Source: a virus. Taken from it: 64,000 nucleotides of DNA. How positions within the stretch are numbered: position 1 is the stretch's first letter; each line of letters opens with the position of its first letter. The position numbers were made by a program, and so were the translations under genes. The stretch spans positions 1 to 64,000 of IMG/VR virus record IMGVR_UViG_3300021197_001350; one strand, written 5' to 3'. This document shows positions 11,701 to 19,772 of this stretch, piece after piece. Below the pieces are notes generated by a model. The model was not told where the DNA came from and ran no database searches. It saw only the letters and a program-made list of their open reading frames with translations.

Positions 11701-14700
11701 GACCAGCCAACCGCAGGTCGGGCAGTCAATGACAGGAATACACCATATTTAGTATCATCAGCCTCATTGCCTCCATCCTTCCCTGCATCGATAGATGAAA
11801 AATACTCTAGTTCATTATCAGATATATCTGGATCAAGTTGCCCCCCACCTATATCAGTCTTCTTTCCGCTTATTATTTGACTACTAGGAGCTGGCAGGTT
11901 AACGCCTATATTGTCATCGGTGACAGTAACACTTCTCCTATGCGACTGTGATGATCTTCCGTGAAAAATAAACCTTGGCTCATTTGTTTGGGCGTGCCTA
12001 AAGAACCCTACCTCTGTAGTTGGATTCTCTCCCTCAACCCCCTGAAATCCCAACATCCAATCACCATAAAAGTTTCTAAATGAAGGTGTCCTTACTAGCC
12101 TCCACATATCCTCATCAGCGGGACGCTTACCCTCTCCCTCCATTATCGCAATCATAGGATTCTTCACCTCACTTAAAGGGGGAGTTGGATTCTTCTGTGA
12201 TCTAGGTTGAGAAAGCAAGTATCTCTTGTTTGGCAAAAGCCTCTCACCTAGATAGTCCTGCCCTTGGTCGGTTGTCTCCAAGTAGTGCATCGGCACTTCC
12301 TGCTCATCTATAATGGTAGTCTCTTCTATGTTTATAGACTGAGCTTCATTGAGAGTTTTTCTATTACTAACCGATGGCATTCTGGATATAATGCTATTAA
12401 CAGCAAAACCCTCTAATGTGTATAGTATCTTTTCTTCGGGCGTAATCGTTGGATCACTTAGGACTTTCATTACTGGATCAACCCTAACCCTGCTTCTCTT
12501 ATTTAATGCACCAATCTCCAGCGTCTGCTTCATTAAAGCACCAGTTAATGCATGAATACTAGCCTTAGGTTGAACCACTCTACCCATTGCGTAACCAAGC
12601 CCGTCCCAAATTCTACCCTTAATCTTAAATCTTTTAGATAGGTTATTTGGAAGTGGTATAGTTTTTAGGTAAGCCTGGAACTGAGGATTGTTTCTGGCTT
12701 CAGATATAAACTCTCTTACATCAGTCAGGCCATACTGCATTGGGTCATTTGAGAATCTTTTAGCAGCCTCAAATAAAGATACCCAATCTGCTTTTGCCTG
12801 CCTTGCCTTGCCACCAAATTGAGCCTGAGCAATTCTTCCTGACATCTCAGCCTCTACAAAAACCGACTCAGTAATGTGATGGGTTAGCTCATGTCCAAGT
12901 ATTTCCGCCAAGGCGTTCTTCTGTATCTCAAGATACCTTGACTTCTCAGTCTCATTTGTGGGGATCGCACTCGCTATCCCGAAGTCCTTAGATATAAATA
13001 TAACAGGTCTTGCTAGTCCAGCCGCATAGTGGTACTGAGCCACCTTGCCCTGAAACAATCTAGACATCGTACTCTTATTTAAGATGCGAATATCAGGTGC
13101 AATAAGACCTGTCTTATTCATATCCCTATATAAATTTGAGAGGGTATCATTCTCCGCAAATGCGGTTAACTCTGATACAGTTAATTCTTTATCACCGAAC
13201 TCAGCCCAAAGGGAATCATTTAACCCTGCCCTTACTTCGGTTGTATATCTAGTCTCCTTGCCCGTGGTTTGATTATGTCTATTGACTACAATCGCAGTAG
13301 GTGAGGAGGGAGTTAGTTCTACATTCTTAAGGTCTCCCGTAACAGGATTAAGCAAGTCGGGTATCAAGTGAGGATCTCTTACTCTGGTTAAAGTTCCCGC
13401 CTTCTCGCCAGCAGTAAACTCTGGGCCTTTAAGCCATGAAAGAAATGGTGGCAAAGTTTCATTATCTCTAGCGATAAACTGCTCCATCTTAACTCTCAAG
13501 TATTTCTCCGAAAGATCTGCCGCTATCATGGGATCAAAGCCAGCTGCTTCAGCTACCGCTCTGTATATCTGATAGAATACCTCTCTGATTTTTCTTATTA
13601 CAGCCCGAATGGTTCCCTTCTTTATGTTAGTGTCGGCTAAGTTTTTAGCTACAGTTTCAACTAGCACCTCTTCGGCTGACTCAATTTCCCTAAGCTGATC
13701 CAGGCTAAGCTTGCCCTCATCATACTTATTCCTAGCCCTCTCCATCCTTTTCTTGAGATGCTTATTCCCAAACTCCTTACTGGTCTCATGTATAGCATTC
13801 AGTAAAGCCTGCCTGTCCATCTCTGGAAGGCTATCCAAAACGAAGTGGGTGGACTCATGGTATAGTGATAAAATATTTGTTCCGTCTGGTCTAAGGAGGT
13901 CATTCATTACCATCCTTATAATGGTGTCGGCTTCATTCGTTGATATCTCTGCATTGTTTGCATGGAGAAACCCATAAACACTCTCCATGTTTTTCTTAAA
14001 CAACTGCACATCAACACCGCTCTTACTTAAAGCTTCAAGGAGTTGCGTAAAGTCTCTATCTAGTTCTATAGATTTTGATATCTCATGGTTGGTGTCACTT
14101 ATCCTACGCTTAACTTTTCCTTCTCTAGCTTCTGCTATTCTCTTGGCTCTATTGTTTACGCCATACGCCGACCGCTCGGAGGCAGGTAGGGGTGATGGCA
14201 TCCAAGTTCCTTCACTTCTAAGTTCCTTCTCCGCCTGAATATAATCATTCTCTGTCACCTTTACTTCGGGTGACTCCTCGACCTCTTCTATAATCTCATC
14301 TGATTGTATAGGTGTTGAGTCGGCTATGCTTTTATTCTGTGCATCAACAGCTGCTTCAGCTACTTTTATTAAATGCTCTGCGGGGCTAGAATTGTTTTGC
14401 GTAATTGAAATAAATACATCATCCCACATAAGGAAGTCCGATGGAAGTCGTGCATCAATTAGGGTATTTATTCTTGCAAGTATTGCATCCTTATCCGCCC
14501 CATTAAAAAGATTTGCCAAGTCCTCTGGAGACCTAGGCACATAATCTTTTCTTATGAGGGTAAGAAACCTGTCAAGCTGCCTCACTGTTAGATTGCGATT
14601 TAATAGTACGCTAGCTATTTTTGGCACAGATTGAATGATCTCAGATCTTGGAGTATCCAGTTGGCTCTGCCTGGTTCCAGTTGAACCTGTCTTTATAGGC

Positions 14701-17700
14701 TCAACCCAATCCTTGTAGTCGGTTAAAGTCTTCCATGTTTTTTGCTCAGGATAACCATTGAGAGAGTCAATAGTTTTATCCTCACCCTTCATAAACTTCT
14801 CTAGTCTTATTACTGATATAGGCTTATAACCTGCATCAATAACATCCTGAAGTTTTGCGGGCTTGTTTGATCTTGATAGCTCAATATTATTTTTACTATT
14901 AAGCATACCCAACACGCCAAGTGATCCTGCGGCAGATGAACCCTTCCTTGTGTCTGAGGTAAAATCTGAAAGGCCAGACATAACTATACTACCATCAGGG
15001 GACTCTAAGATTATAACACCTCTAGTCCTATACCTATCACCCTTCTTGCCTCCTAGGTTAGTAGTAGAGCCATTGCCTCCAGTGTCCCTATCTCTGAGAG
15101 TCGTGATTATGGATGAAGCATCTTGCCCAGCTACATCTATCTCCGTTCCCACTGTTGCCCACTGTGGGTTTTGTCCAGCCTTCGTTCGATATACTTGTAT
15201 TGCTGAGTCTGATTTAGGTACAACGATTGAGTCTGGGTTCTTTACTACCTCACCCGCTGGATTAACAACCTTGATTCTCCTGCCTGTGTGATCAGTGATA
15301 TAAGTGCCATTAGCATCTTTCAGTATAAGAAAAGCTATTGGTCTACTTCCCTGACCATCATCAAAATCTTTCGAGTACCCAAGGGGCTTGTTAGTCTTAG
15401 CTCCGCCAAGCCTTATCCCGTAGTAATATTTCCGAAGTGTACTCTTCTCGTAGGAGTTTGTGTTAAACAAAACTCCCATTGACATAATTTCCCCATCGGC
15501 ATTCAGTGGATTCTGTAGATTGCCTGCCTTGGTAGCCCTATCAAACTGCTCCTTATTCATTAGCCCCTGAACTCCGAGGGCGGCGGAAACAGGATTGGAT
15601 GCATCAACTGAGCCAGATATAGCTATACCCTGACCGCCCCTAGTCTTTCCATCTAGGTCGGTATACTCTCTCTTGGTTACAGGGTAAAAGAATTGCCATG
15701 TTTTTGTGGAGGTAACACCTTCAACCACTTCATGCTGAACACTAATAGGCTCCCTCCTAAAGTTATTGTATATCTCAAGCACCCTTATCCTGTGCAGCTG
15801 CTTATTAGAAGCACCGCTTCCAACCCTACGCCTCAGGTCTTGAAGTATATCATCAGCTACCTCTAGTACCCAACGCTCAGTTGTTGTCTCTACCTCACTA
15901 AACTCTTCCTTAATAAGCTTCGTAAGCTCTTCGGGTGTTATGAATCCCTCATTAAAGTCCTGCGTTTTACTGCGGATGTCATCTACTATAGTCTTCTTCC
16001 TTGCATTATAATCTCTACCATCCTTTGACTTATAGCTCTTAATGGATCCAATGTCATCTATCTCTGTGACGCTATACTCATCCACCTGACCTGTTGGACT
16101 ACTGTGCTGTAACTTAGCACCCTTTCTTTTGGCTCCACCTCGTTGGGCTTTAACTACTTTCTTTTGCTTATCGCTATCCTGCTTCTTTATTGATGCAGTT
16201 TTTTGCGGTGAGTCTGGCTCATTGCCTAACAATCTATCTAGCTTTACTAGGGGATCAGATAGATCAATACCTTTGGCGTGATCAAGCTCCCTTTGTGCTG
16301 CACCCTGTAGTGCCTTTGCGTCCTTAAGTTTACTCTCTCTTGCTGCGAGTGGAGTGACAGATACTAACGCATCCTTGCCTGTCTTTTTGACCCTACCTTG
16401 TGAAGCCTGATCAACCTCAGCTTGAGCTACACGCACTGCCTCATTAGCTTTTTCTAAATCTTCTTGAGCCTTGGCAATTCTACGCTGATCAATCTTGGGG
16501 GCGGCCTTCTTCTTCTTAGGCTTAGGAGTGTCTTCTATATCCTCGTACTCGTCTTGATCTTCAGCTTGGGTAGTTGCTGGCTTTGGAGTACCTTTCTTAA
16601 AGTTCTCTATCTCCTGCTCGATACCCTTTAGCTTCTTCCTTTGCTCTTCTATCTTAACCCTGTGAGCCTTATACTTCTTAGAGTTTGCTGACTTAAATTT
16701 ACCGCCATTCTTTTGGGTTCTGCCTTCCGCTACAAGCTTGTTTAGTTTTGCCTTAGCAGCTTTCTTTTGATTAACTAAACTCTTAAGTTTTTTCGCGAGC
16801 TGATCCTTTGACTCTGTTGGTTTCTCAGGGTCTTTTTCAATTCCCTGCAACTCTTCTAGCAGTGATTCACTACCCTTTTGTGTTCTTCTTTTCGACCGAA
16901 TAATTGGAGAAACAGATTCGGGTCGCTCCTTCTTTACTCTATCAGCAGCTAATTCTCTTGCACGCTTTTCTATAGCAGCGTCCTGATCTAGTTCAGTATC
17001 AATCCCTATGTCTGCAACTTTTTGTTTAGTGATCGCTTCAAATCGCTTCTTTGCTTTTTCCGCTATTTGATCCCAGCTTAGCTTCTTAATCGCTCCTTCA
17101 AAGGATCGAGTGCCTGGATCGGGAAGTATACCAAGATCGTTATACCGATCATTGACTTCATTAAATATAGCCTTACCGTCCCATGCGCCATCAAGGTAGT
17201 AGCCAGACTGTAATCTATTTATGAGAACCTCTAGATCATATACCTGCTTTTGATCTTTCGTACTTAGCTTGGCGTATTCTTTTGTCTTTGTGTAAGATAT
17301 ATTGCCTCCGCCATCCTCGATTAGAGTTCGAGTAAAATCAATGCCTTGACCTTCCACCTCATCTCTTGCCTGCCTATACTCTTCCTCGGTTGGCTCAGAC
17401 TCTTTATCTTTAGCGATAGCTTCATCTAGGGAACTAAAGTCTGTCGTGGTCTTTGTTTGTTCTATCCCTATCTCTGCAGCACTTTCTGCGGTAACAGGAA
17501 TATTCTCTATGCCCGCGAGGGTTGCTAGCTCATAGCGATGATTGCCATCCTTGATCTCATAGAAAGCTTCACCCGTAGCATCCTTTAAGGCTTTGTTGTG
17601 ACTAACCTCAATGGGATTACTCTTCAGGAAACTTAGCAACTTTTGCTTGTTTTCTGGATCGGTAAGTAATCTCTGCAAGTCTTCAACTGTTCCAATCTCA

Positions 17701-19772
17701 CCCTTTTGCACAGGGTATCCATTAGGATTCTTAAGCCCTATATATACAGCTAGATCAACAAGCTGACCCATCTCAGGTTTATTCGCACGGGATATCTGTG
17801 CATCCTCTTCAGCTATAGCTTTCTGGAAGCTGAAGGTCTGTACCACATCAGCACTCTCGGTACTCTCTGTTGGCTCAGTAACTTCTTCTTCTGTTATTAA
17901 ATTGGTCTCGGCATTGGGAAACTTTTCTAAAAGTTTTTCTACCTCAGCAAGCCTTGCGTTTGCATCGTAGTCAGGGTCAAGCCTTGCGTCACCTTGCGCA
18001 AGCATATCAGGCGGATTGGCTAGATCTTGTTCAATGCTATCACGCTCCCGCTCAAGAGCTTCCCTTTCTCTTTGCCTCTCCTGATTCCTTCTCTTTTCTT
18101 CAGCCTCAATAAAAGGCCCGAACTCGGCTGTAGCGGATTCAGTGCGAACATCTGCTTCAGCCTGTAGGTCAGCTTGACCTTGAGCAGAAGCCTGCTGAAC
18201 CCTCATTAAATCTTCCGCAGTAGGCACACCAGTTATACTCTCAGTTGGTATAGTTACAACTGGCCCAGTCCTGCCAATGCCCGCTACTTCCCCAGAGAAA
18301 TCGAAGTCTAGTATAGGCTCAATAGATGTACCCTCTCCTGTAGTCCTGACAACCCTACCTATTTGGGGCGTACCACTACTTCCAGTATAGCTAACAATAG
18401 CACCTTGCTTAGATGTATCTATAGTTTGATCTGAATAGGATGATGTGCTTGAGCTTAAATCAGTTTGATCAGGTGCGGGAGGAGTAGACCCCTTACCTAC
18501 AGCTGTAAGTCCACCACCTATGGAACCTGCAACTGCACCAATTATACTGGCATTAATTACCTTAGATTTTGTAAAGTCATCCCACTCTACATCCTCTCCT
18601 CTTTCCCATTTAGGAGCAGCCGTATTAATAAATTCCTGAAAACCTTCAGTGCTTCCTTCTAAGGCCATACCTATGCCAACCTTGCCTAGGGTTGAATCCT
18701 TTGACCTCTGGACTTGCTTACCAAGCCAAGTTAAAGCTCCATCCTTAACAGCCTGAGATTCTCCCATTAAGTTGGCTCGCTTAAGGAATGAACGACCAAC
18801 CCATGCGGGTAGTATTGAATCAGGTAATGCCGCTATACTTCCATACGCAAGTGCAGGTGCTTGAGCCTCTTCATGTGAAAAACCATCACCACGAAGTGTG
18901 TTGTATATCTCGCCACTATTTAAAGCCAGTGAGTTTAAAGTTGAAGCACCTATGCCGCCTCTCATTTTCCATAGCTGAGCTGCGTAGTCTTCAACATCCA
19001 TGATCTCGCCAGCCCGCTTTCTCCCCTCAAGGACAGCCTTGTGACCAACACCATATGTTGGATTCTTTCGAGTAACTTTCTGAGCCATAGACTTCCGCAA
19101 GTCTTGCCTCATCTTAGATGCCACGCCTTTCTTTACGGCTGCCTTACCTGAATAGATTGCTGCAGCTCCTGTTCCTGCTGTACCGCTACCAATAAAGTAA
19201 GCGGCTACACCCTCCACGAGGGATGGTATAGCTTGACCTAATATATTCGCAGAGTACTCGCGTAAAGCTCTACCACTTATCCCATTAGCTCTAAATAAAT
19301 CTTCATACTTTCTTACTGATGCCCTGGGTGCATTTGTCTGCAGATCAACACCCCACTGGAATGCGGCCTCACCGCCTGGCAATCCTGTCATACCATAGCC
19401 ACCAGACATTGAACCAACCATTCCTCGGGTTGCTTTATTGAGTCCACCACCGAACTCATCAAGCATACCACTGTCTTGACTTTGAAGATCGAGATCTAAA
19501 TAGTCATCTCTAAACTCAGGGTTAACGGACTCTGCAACCAACGCACGCATCCCTGCGGATCCTTCGCTCGCCTGAGTATTTCGTAACTGATCGCCAATGA
19601 ATGCGGTTAGCTCACTATCTGACCGTGGATCATATGTTCCTTGCTCAGCAAGTTTAGCTCTATACTTTGCAACAAGCTCATTGGTTCCCGTCCTGCCGTC
19701 AAGCTTGCTAGGCAGATCATTCTGCCTAATCTCACTATATAGGCGGTTGATCTCGTCTGGAGACTGAGCCAT
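2796..19772 (-). CDS. Giant (5,658 aa) internal virion/ejection protein of the large polyvalent type: ParB-like, two zincin HExxH, ART-like and kinase-like domains
   Basis: 17-kb open frame after the internal-protein genes; motifs IKDGNHRY (~17550), YHESTH (~13850), GHELTH (~12885), RTPSFRNFYGDW/FIFHG (~12090/11965), NRDGHAGN..FDKG (~8500). Confidence 0.85.
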   Translation of the reverse strand: MAQSPDEINRLYSEIRQNDLPSKLDGRTGTNELVAKYRAKLAEQGTYDPRSDSELTAFIGDQLRNTQASEGSAGMRALVAESVNPEFRDDYLDLDLQSQDSGMLDEFGGGLNKATRGMVGSMSGGYGMTGLPGGEAAFQWGVDLQTNAPRASVRKYEDLFRANGISGRALREYSANILGQAIPSLVEGVAAYFIGSGTAGTGAAAIYSGKAAVKKGVASKMRQDLRKSMAQKVTRKNPTYGVGHKAVLEGRKRAGEIMDVEDYAAQLWKMRGGIGASTLNSLALNSGEIYNTLRGDGFSHEEAQAPALAYGSIAALPDSILPAWVGRSFLKRANLMGESQAVKDGALTWLGKQVQRSKDSTLGKVGIGMALEGSTEGFQEFINTAAPKWERGEDVEWDDFTKSKVINASIIGAVAGSIGGGLTAVGKGSTPPAPDQTDLSSSTSSYSDQTIDTSKQGAIVSYTGSSGTPQIGRVVRTTGEGTSIEPILDFDFSGEVAGIGRTGPVVTIPTESITGVPTAEDLMRVQQASAQGQADLQAEADVRTESATAEFGPFIEAEEKRRNQERQREREALERERDSIEQDLANPPDMLAQGDARLDPDYDANARLAEVEKLLEKFPNAETNLITEEEVTEPTESTESADVVQTFSFQKAIAEEDAQISRANKPEMGQLVDLAVYIGLKNPNGYPVQKGEIGTVEDLQRLLTDPENKQKLLSFLKSNPIEVSHNKALKDATGEAFYEIKDGNHRYELATLAGIENIPVTAESAAEIGIEQTKTTTDFSSLDEAIAKDKESEPTEEEYRQARDEVEGQGIDFTRTLIEDGGGNISYTKTKEYAKLSTKDQKQVYDLEVLINRLQSGYYLDGAWDGKAIFNEVNDRYNDLGILPDPGTRSFEGAIKKLSWDQIAEKAKKRFEAITKQKVADIGIDTELDQDAAIEKRARELAADRVKKERPESVSPIIRSKRRTQKGSESLLEELQGIEKDPEKPTESKDQLAKKLKSLVNQKKAAKAKLNKLVAEGRTQKNGGKFKSANSKKYKAHRVKIEEQRKKLKGIEQEIENFKKGTPKPATTQAEDQDEYEDIEDTPKPKKKKAAPKIDQRRIAKAQEDLEKANEAVRVAQAEVDQASQGRVKKTGKDALVSVTPLAARESKLKDAKALQGAAQRELDHAKGIDLSDPLVKLDRLLGNEPDSPQKTASIKKQDSDKQKKVVKAQRGGAKRKGAKLQHSSPTGQVDEYSVTEIDDIGSIKSYKSKDGRDYNARKKTIVDDIRSKTQDFNEGFITPEELTKLIKEEFSEVETTTERWVLEVADDILQDLRRRVGSGASNKQLHRIRVLEIYNNFRREPISVQHEVVEGVTSTKTWQFFYPVTKREYTDLDGKTRGGQGIAISGSVDASNPVSAALGVQGLMNKEQFDRATKAGNLQNPLNADGEIMSMGVLFNTNSYEKSTLRKYYYGIRLGGAKTNKPLGYSKDFDDGQGSRPIAFLILKDANGTYITDHTGRRIKVVNPAGEVVKNPDSIVVPKSDSAIQVYRTKAGQNPQWATVGTEIDVAGQDASSIITTLRDRDTGGNGSTTNLGGKKGDRYRTRGVIILESPDGSIVMSGLSDFTSDTRKGSSAAGSLGVLGMLNSKNNIELSRSNKPAKLQDVIDAGYKPISVIRLEKFMKGEDKTIDSLNGYPEQKTWKTLTDYKDWVEPIKTGSTGTRQSQLDTPRSEIIQSVPKIASVLLNRNLTVRQLDRFLTLIRKDYVPRSPEDLANLFNGADKDAILARINTLIDARLPSDFLMWDDVFISITQNNSSPAEHLIKVAEAAVDAQNKSIADSTPIQSDEIIEEVEESPEVKVTENDYIQAEKELRSEGTWMPSPLPASERSAYGVNNRAKRIAEAREGKVKRRISDTNHEISKSIELDRDFTQLLEALSKSGVDVQLFKKNMESVYGFLHANNAEISTNEADTIIRMVMNDLLRPDGTNILSLYHESTHFVLDSLPEMDRQALLNAIHETSKEFGNKHLKKRMERARNKYDEGKLSLDQLREIESAEEVLVETVAKNLADTNIKKGTIRAVIRKIREVFYQIYRAVAEAAGFDPMIAADLSEKYLRVKMEQFIARDNETLPPFLSWLKGPEFTAGEKAGTLTRVRDPHLIPDLLNPVTGDLKNVELTPSSPTAIVVNRHNQTTGKETRYTTEVRAGLNDSLWAEFGDKELTVSELTAFAENDTLSNLYRDMNKTGLIAPDIRILNKSTMSRLFQGKVAQYHYAAGLARPVIFISKDFGIASAIPTNETEKSRYLEIQKNALAEILGHELTHHITESVFVEAEMSGRIAQAQFGGKARQAKADWVSLFEAAKRFSNDPMQYGLTDVREFISEARNNPQFQAYLKTIPLPNNLSKRFKIKGRIWDGLGYAMGRVVQPKASIHALTGALMKQTLEIGALNKRSRVRVDPVMKVLSDPTITPEEKILYTLEGFAVNSIISRMPSVSNRKTLNEAQSINIEETTIIDEQEVPMHYLETTDQGQDYLGERLLPNKRYLLSQPRSQKNPTPPLSEVKNPMIAIMEGEGKRPADEDMWRLVRTPSFRNFYGDWMLGFQGVEGENPTTEVGFFRHAQTNEPRFIFHGRSSQSHRRSVTVTDDNIGVNLPAPSSQIISGKKTDIGGGQLDPDISDNELEYFSSIDAGKDGGNEADDTKYGVFLSLTARPAVGWSESLQAHRGLSQDALRVTLRQRYLKSYFENFSMAGTSSQAKLILDDEIMTNEGLNNLAPIYLTSVISSSEATIDESELYPVPSSLLSGSILEEEFTEGYVYDEITGEPSLSQNVHHKNTGKDGWGYPVHKKNKAIGRMFYLPGVVSAPHENLVSNGVIIRDISNVKHYATVTNDKEPMGMIAIEGKDGQLSYFRVKSDLYSDPDLGVVQTRITRNGLISGEVEPASVASPESLKAYMFSGEVSAEALGKHLEEVSHEEFTAHASYMGEQMNTLLEASVENVQRSLTGTSFTAEVNSIPSSQTLLQTEDKVADLESGIPTSSQNNPTWQDAANRYDVDVRDLIEYQGGLVYYDTSLSERHKNALRKEAKKYNKRLVESDEAINSNLVPTTDSIQVPILDENMFTEGMILPLFTSAKNPLMINEEGVQNQQYGNSASLFIAASQHITGARIPWFSQGYRNIPVKDGKPVLSSFYSDVHDLSVLYNMSGRVLKGGKYTSTPSVFDEKSFMSDPLINLRNPITALSKVTSTDFNAKGDTNAMSIESSKLEDLLAGDYNLELMDNEEVEEIRAELEGMTSSDVHKYGNDLPSGKSALDPIQYFIENDSVSETISWMVQEGYSKADLATITSILNFGKELNEIDFVLSKQEQIDKGRKPKGTRFEDTLNNYSMFNPDGAVIPTREQEQAFKYALIQHAELAGMPHSRLLGLITLKHKLEQLSEGSATSDDPHFSFIDVARRLDETKPVVVDKDSTPFMDGADVFVQDGRMFKLDRMSKEQASQEVFGSIILNMSGVLNPPKTLVEIEGAGPEGQSEYAVVTPVGFTEVKEGMPTNTINWVGGAKLTGVNINKDNTKAVNVFLRSGNQLSYGAIDAIETGMYFGSTTIKQGLGSIDGRETQDQVTAGGGLLNNIPEEFIALAAADAELESTPSQSLIRSGEDLYGGNSTLEQRQSPEGDVLFDNGLWKSKTLLTKIDKRGTASNRRLYGEAVGSAVTNYITGGLVAVAKVRNGNLEQYKVDDMQEMKELRSQRKHTLDESATEQDLADIGDLNNQQYVLDLIKHGIADYIVNNRDGHAGNFGIANGHIVSFDKGQSFRFYQHNTKGSLANANNDSIMSMGTDPESIENEASDVDGIIHFLNTQFGKKMKYSGNPRIVYSQLKNLVSQAGVTPEAILADLIPVIKRATRLSQEVRDLGLFDEYTDSEFQPGLSPTVDLELEMMERLDGMKAKVAELIVYLTGRDAQIDVSKEGQPEYFRNIHYPQGKTEGDFTKLTSAEGGGSIKSPKSISYKEETPMLLDQVIAKKREIVDSTMPAYYATRLYADEPSFSADITGTANGSTLRTSDYAQELMSSLMTSTRSRQDDISGHDFIISGRNEDVQNGSQVILPFPNKTLKTVQAKAFDGPQLKRRIDVDEDDAVSASTQRTNAYDGTQAASNRLLLNSIEDSHKNAILKGYKGNLESYIKDLFKINPQENLRAIATRDAQVADLSIVDFDGNPAMTDRALRFAAELHTNTMNNLIRKKGRLEKKLDDAMDSIQEAAEEINALTTKKNDATVHEAKAQAAVRKLIKDYMRGMDGQVDLTFDHGKLLGSIKEVEKVLKGDTLSSVYRDALYDIFDGNTKVFAYIQAMAELGIDYANASETEIVSAINGSTKPELQSLKNNKPLMSTLVAFSKDKALQMALLEARTSKDTSDASKIDDEIKRTQRLSEEQLKDLRREIKGIRKSVSKVYKVRDAYAQARLIHKRKTKQAEKTKALIKLHEDAMVSISGKEKSLQQRLGVGYNFNAVPGEQYFIMQKVGNDWVATKAVYSIEGTDENRIKINNAKYFNKAYLAEQDAKGKGDEPFNRMLSDMTMQLSKAVVHREYKSIHRNMLDRALNTLEQRLRATGQSGVQVTRMIAEFRRIQQNNRNEQVSLAGKWEGAYGEAIKASGMDQSVFKEMVYDTAIYWIENMPDLANDPTALYGAVYKEIEKTMKGSGKPVSPSLKGALQKLWVATENIAEWENGIADKHNVLVEDPSVQWSNPLTGSRENILRRRIKYGRITIPRQMRGEVIAALTTIMGNNEGEYLSVVGGWNNSDIFNQIKLLGKKAVGQDAAFDEMMGLADQLFNETIINTFLDPLLSKPGDPIFTAPKKRGSNAKHPIPQDEVMSAWLDSGKSFKEFVVQLFLNQDADIQDLPAFASDILGRLRQVYQMGRSIAVKVDTTPMSSETTPHRMMDARTNTIFPREWLEYDTFTKVDAGIHVSKLASVAAFGRDSSILSGMMDAAMAEARQLQLPLTEVQQNPAYLSLKTEKERKQFLISKLGKERYESARDAARIRDEIKDLKKSMIDLFSAPGGGFKDMRMLEELASLNADLVLRTPKSGLWQALSGMDYTQRLGYGTISARASGTFIYNSIKNVFGSLFNEGLGIPLMQATESAKAINYIRSTPGQQDLTFKELFANHGVQGTGEGIVRTSRKIKDGLDKSIGLKGGSTGSSGFAPFTPLSPFSWLNNVFGSAVAEGGINVWRTVITRALAYIDQNPSVMGDPNFRFNLKHLGIKGSLIGGNERALEYLADTWAEHTGQSLLDFIKQSYNRKTNQQEIFSKEDYLNMYQIAMDDINLEGGIGSTPVAFRTNGILRVATPLLRWATGKSNAVHGSLQTQEGRYTINSVLKGLAGISAVGMPIGIAATMLMDEYDEEILGKKSNLRKVDPINLLPGFAAFNMLSNKDGQGLAILERLARSGNVYGLGMEAAYGMAAWTDPMQGQRALGIDRILVYSQVANARDAFVNIMHSGWYMNYEDGKKIVDVMAGQAPAHFTQTVNNLLMPINDNERRRVKRVDAYNYLRSAGRSAGVPLKKSGMRTNPTPLTARIRQMQLAAYGDDPEEFNNILQDAISVAVDMGKEDPIGSIVSSWKARQPMDLFQRTLTPDETEEVFKHMNQRGKENVLDLIRLHEKYLNYLEPRKVDFNRSMSQDRYNRANINKNRLLYLNL

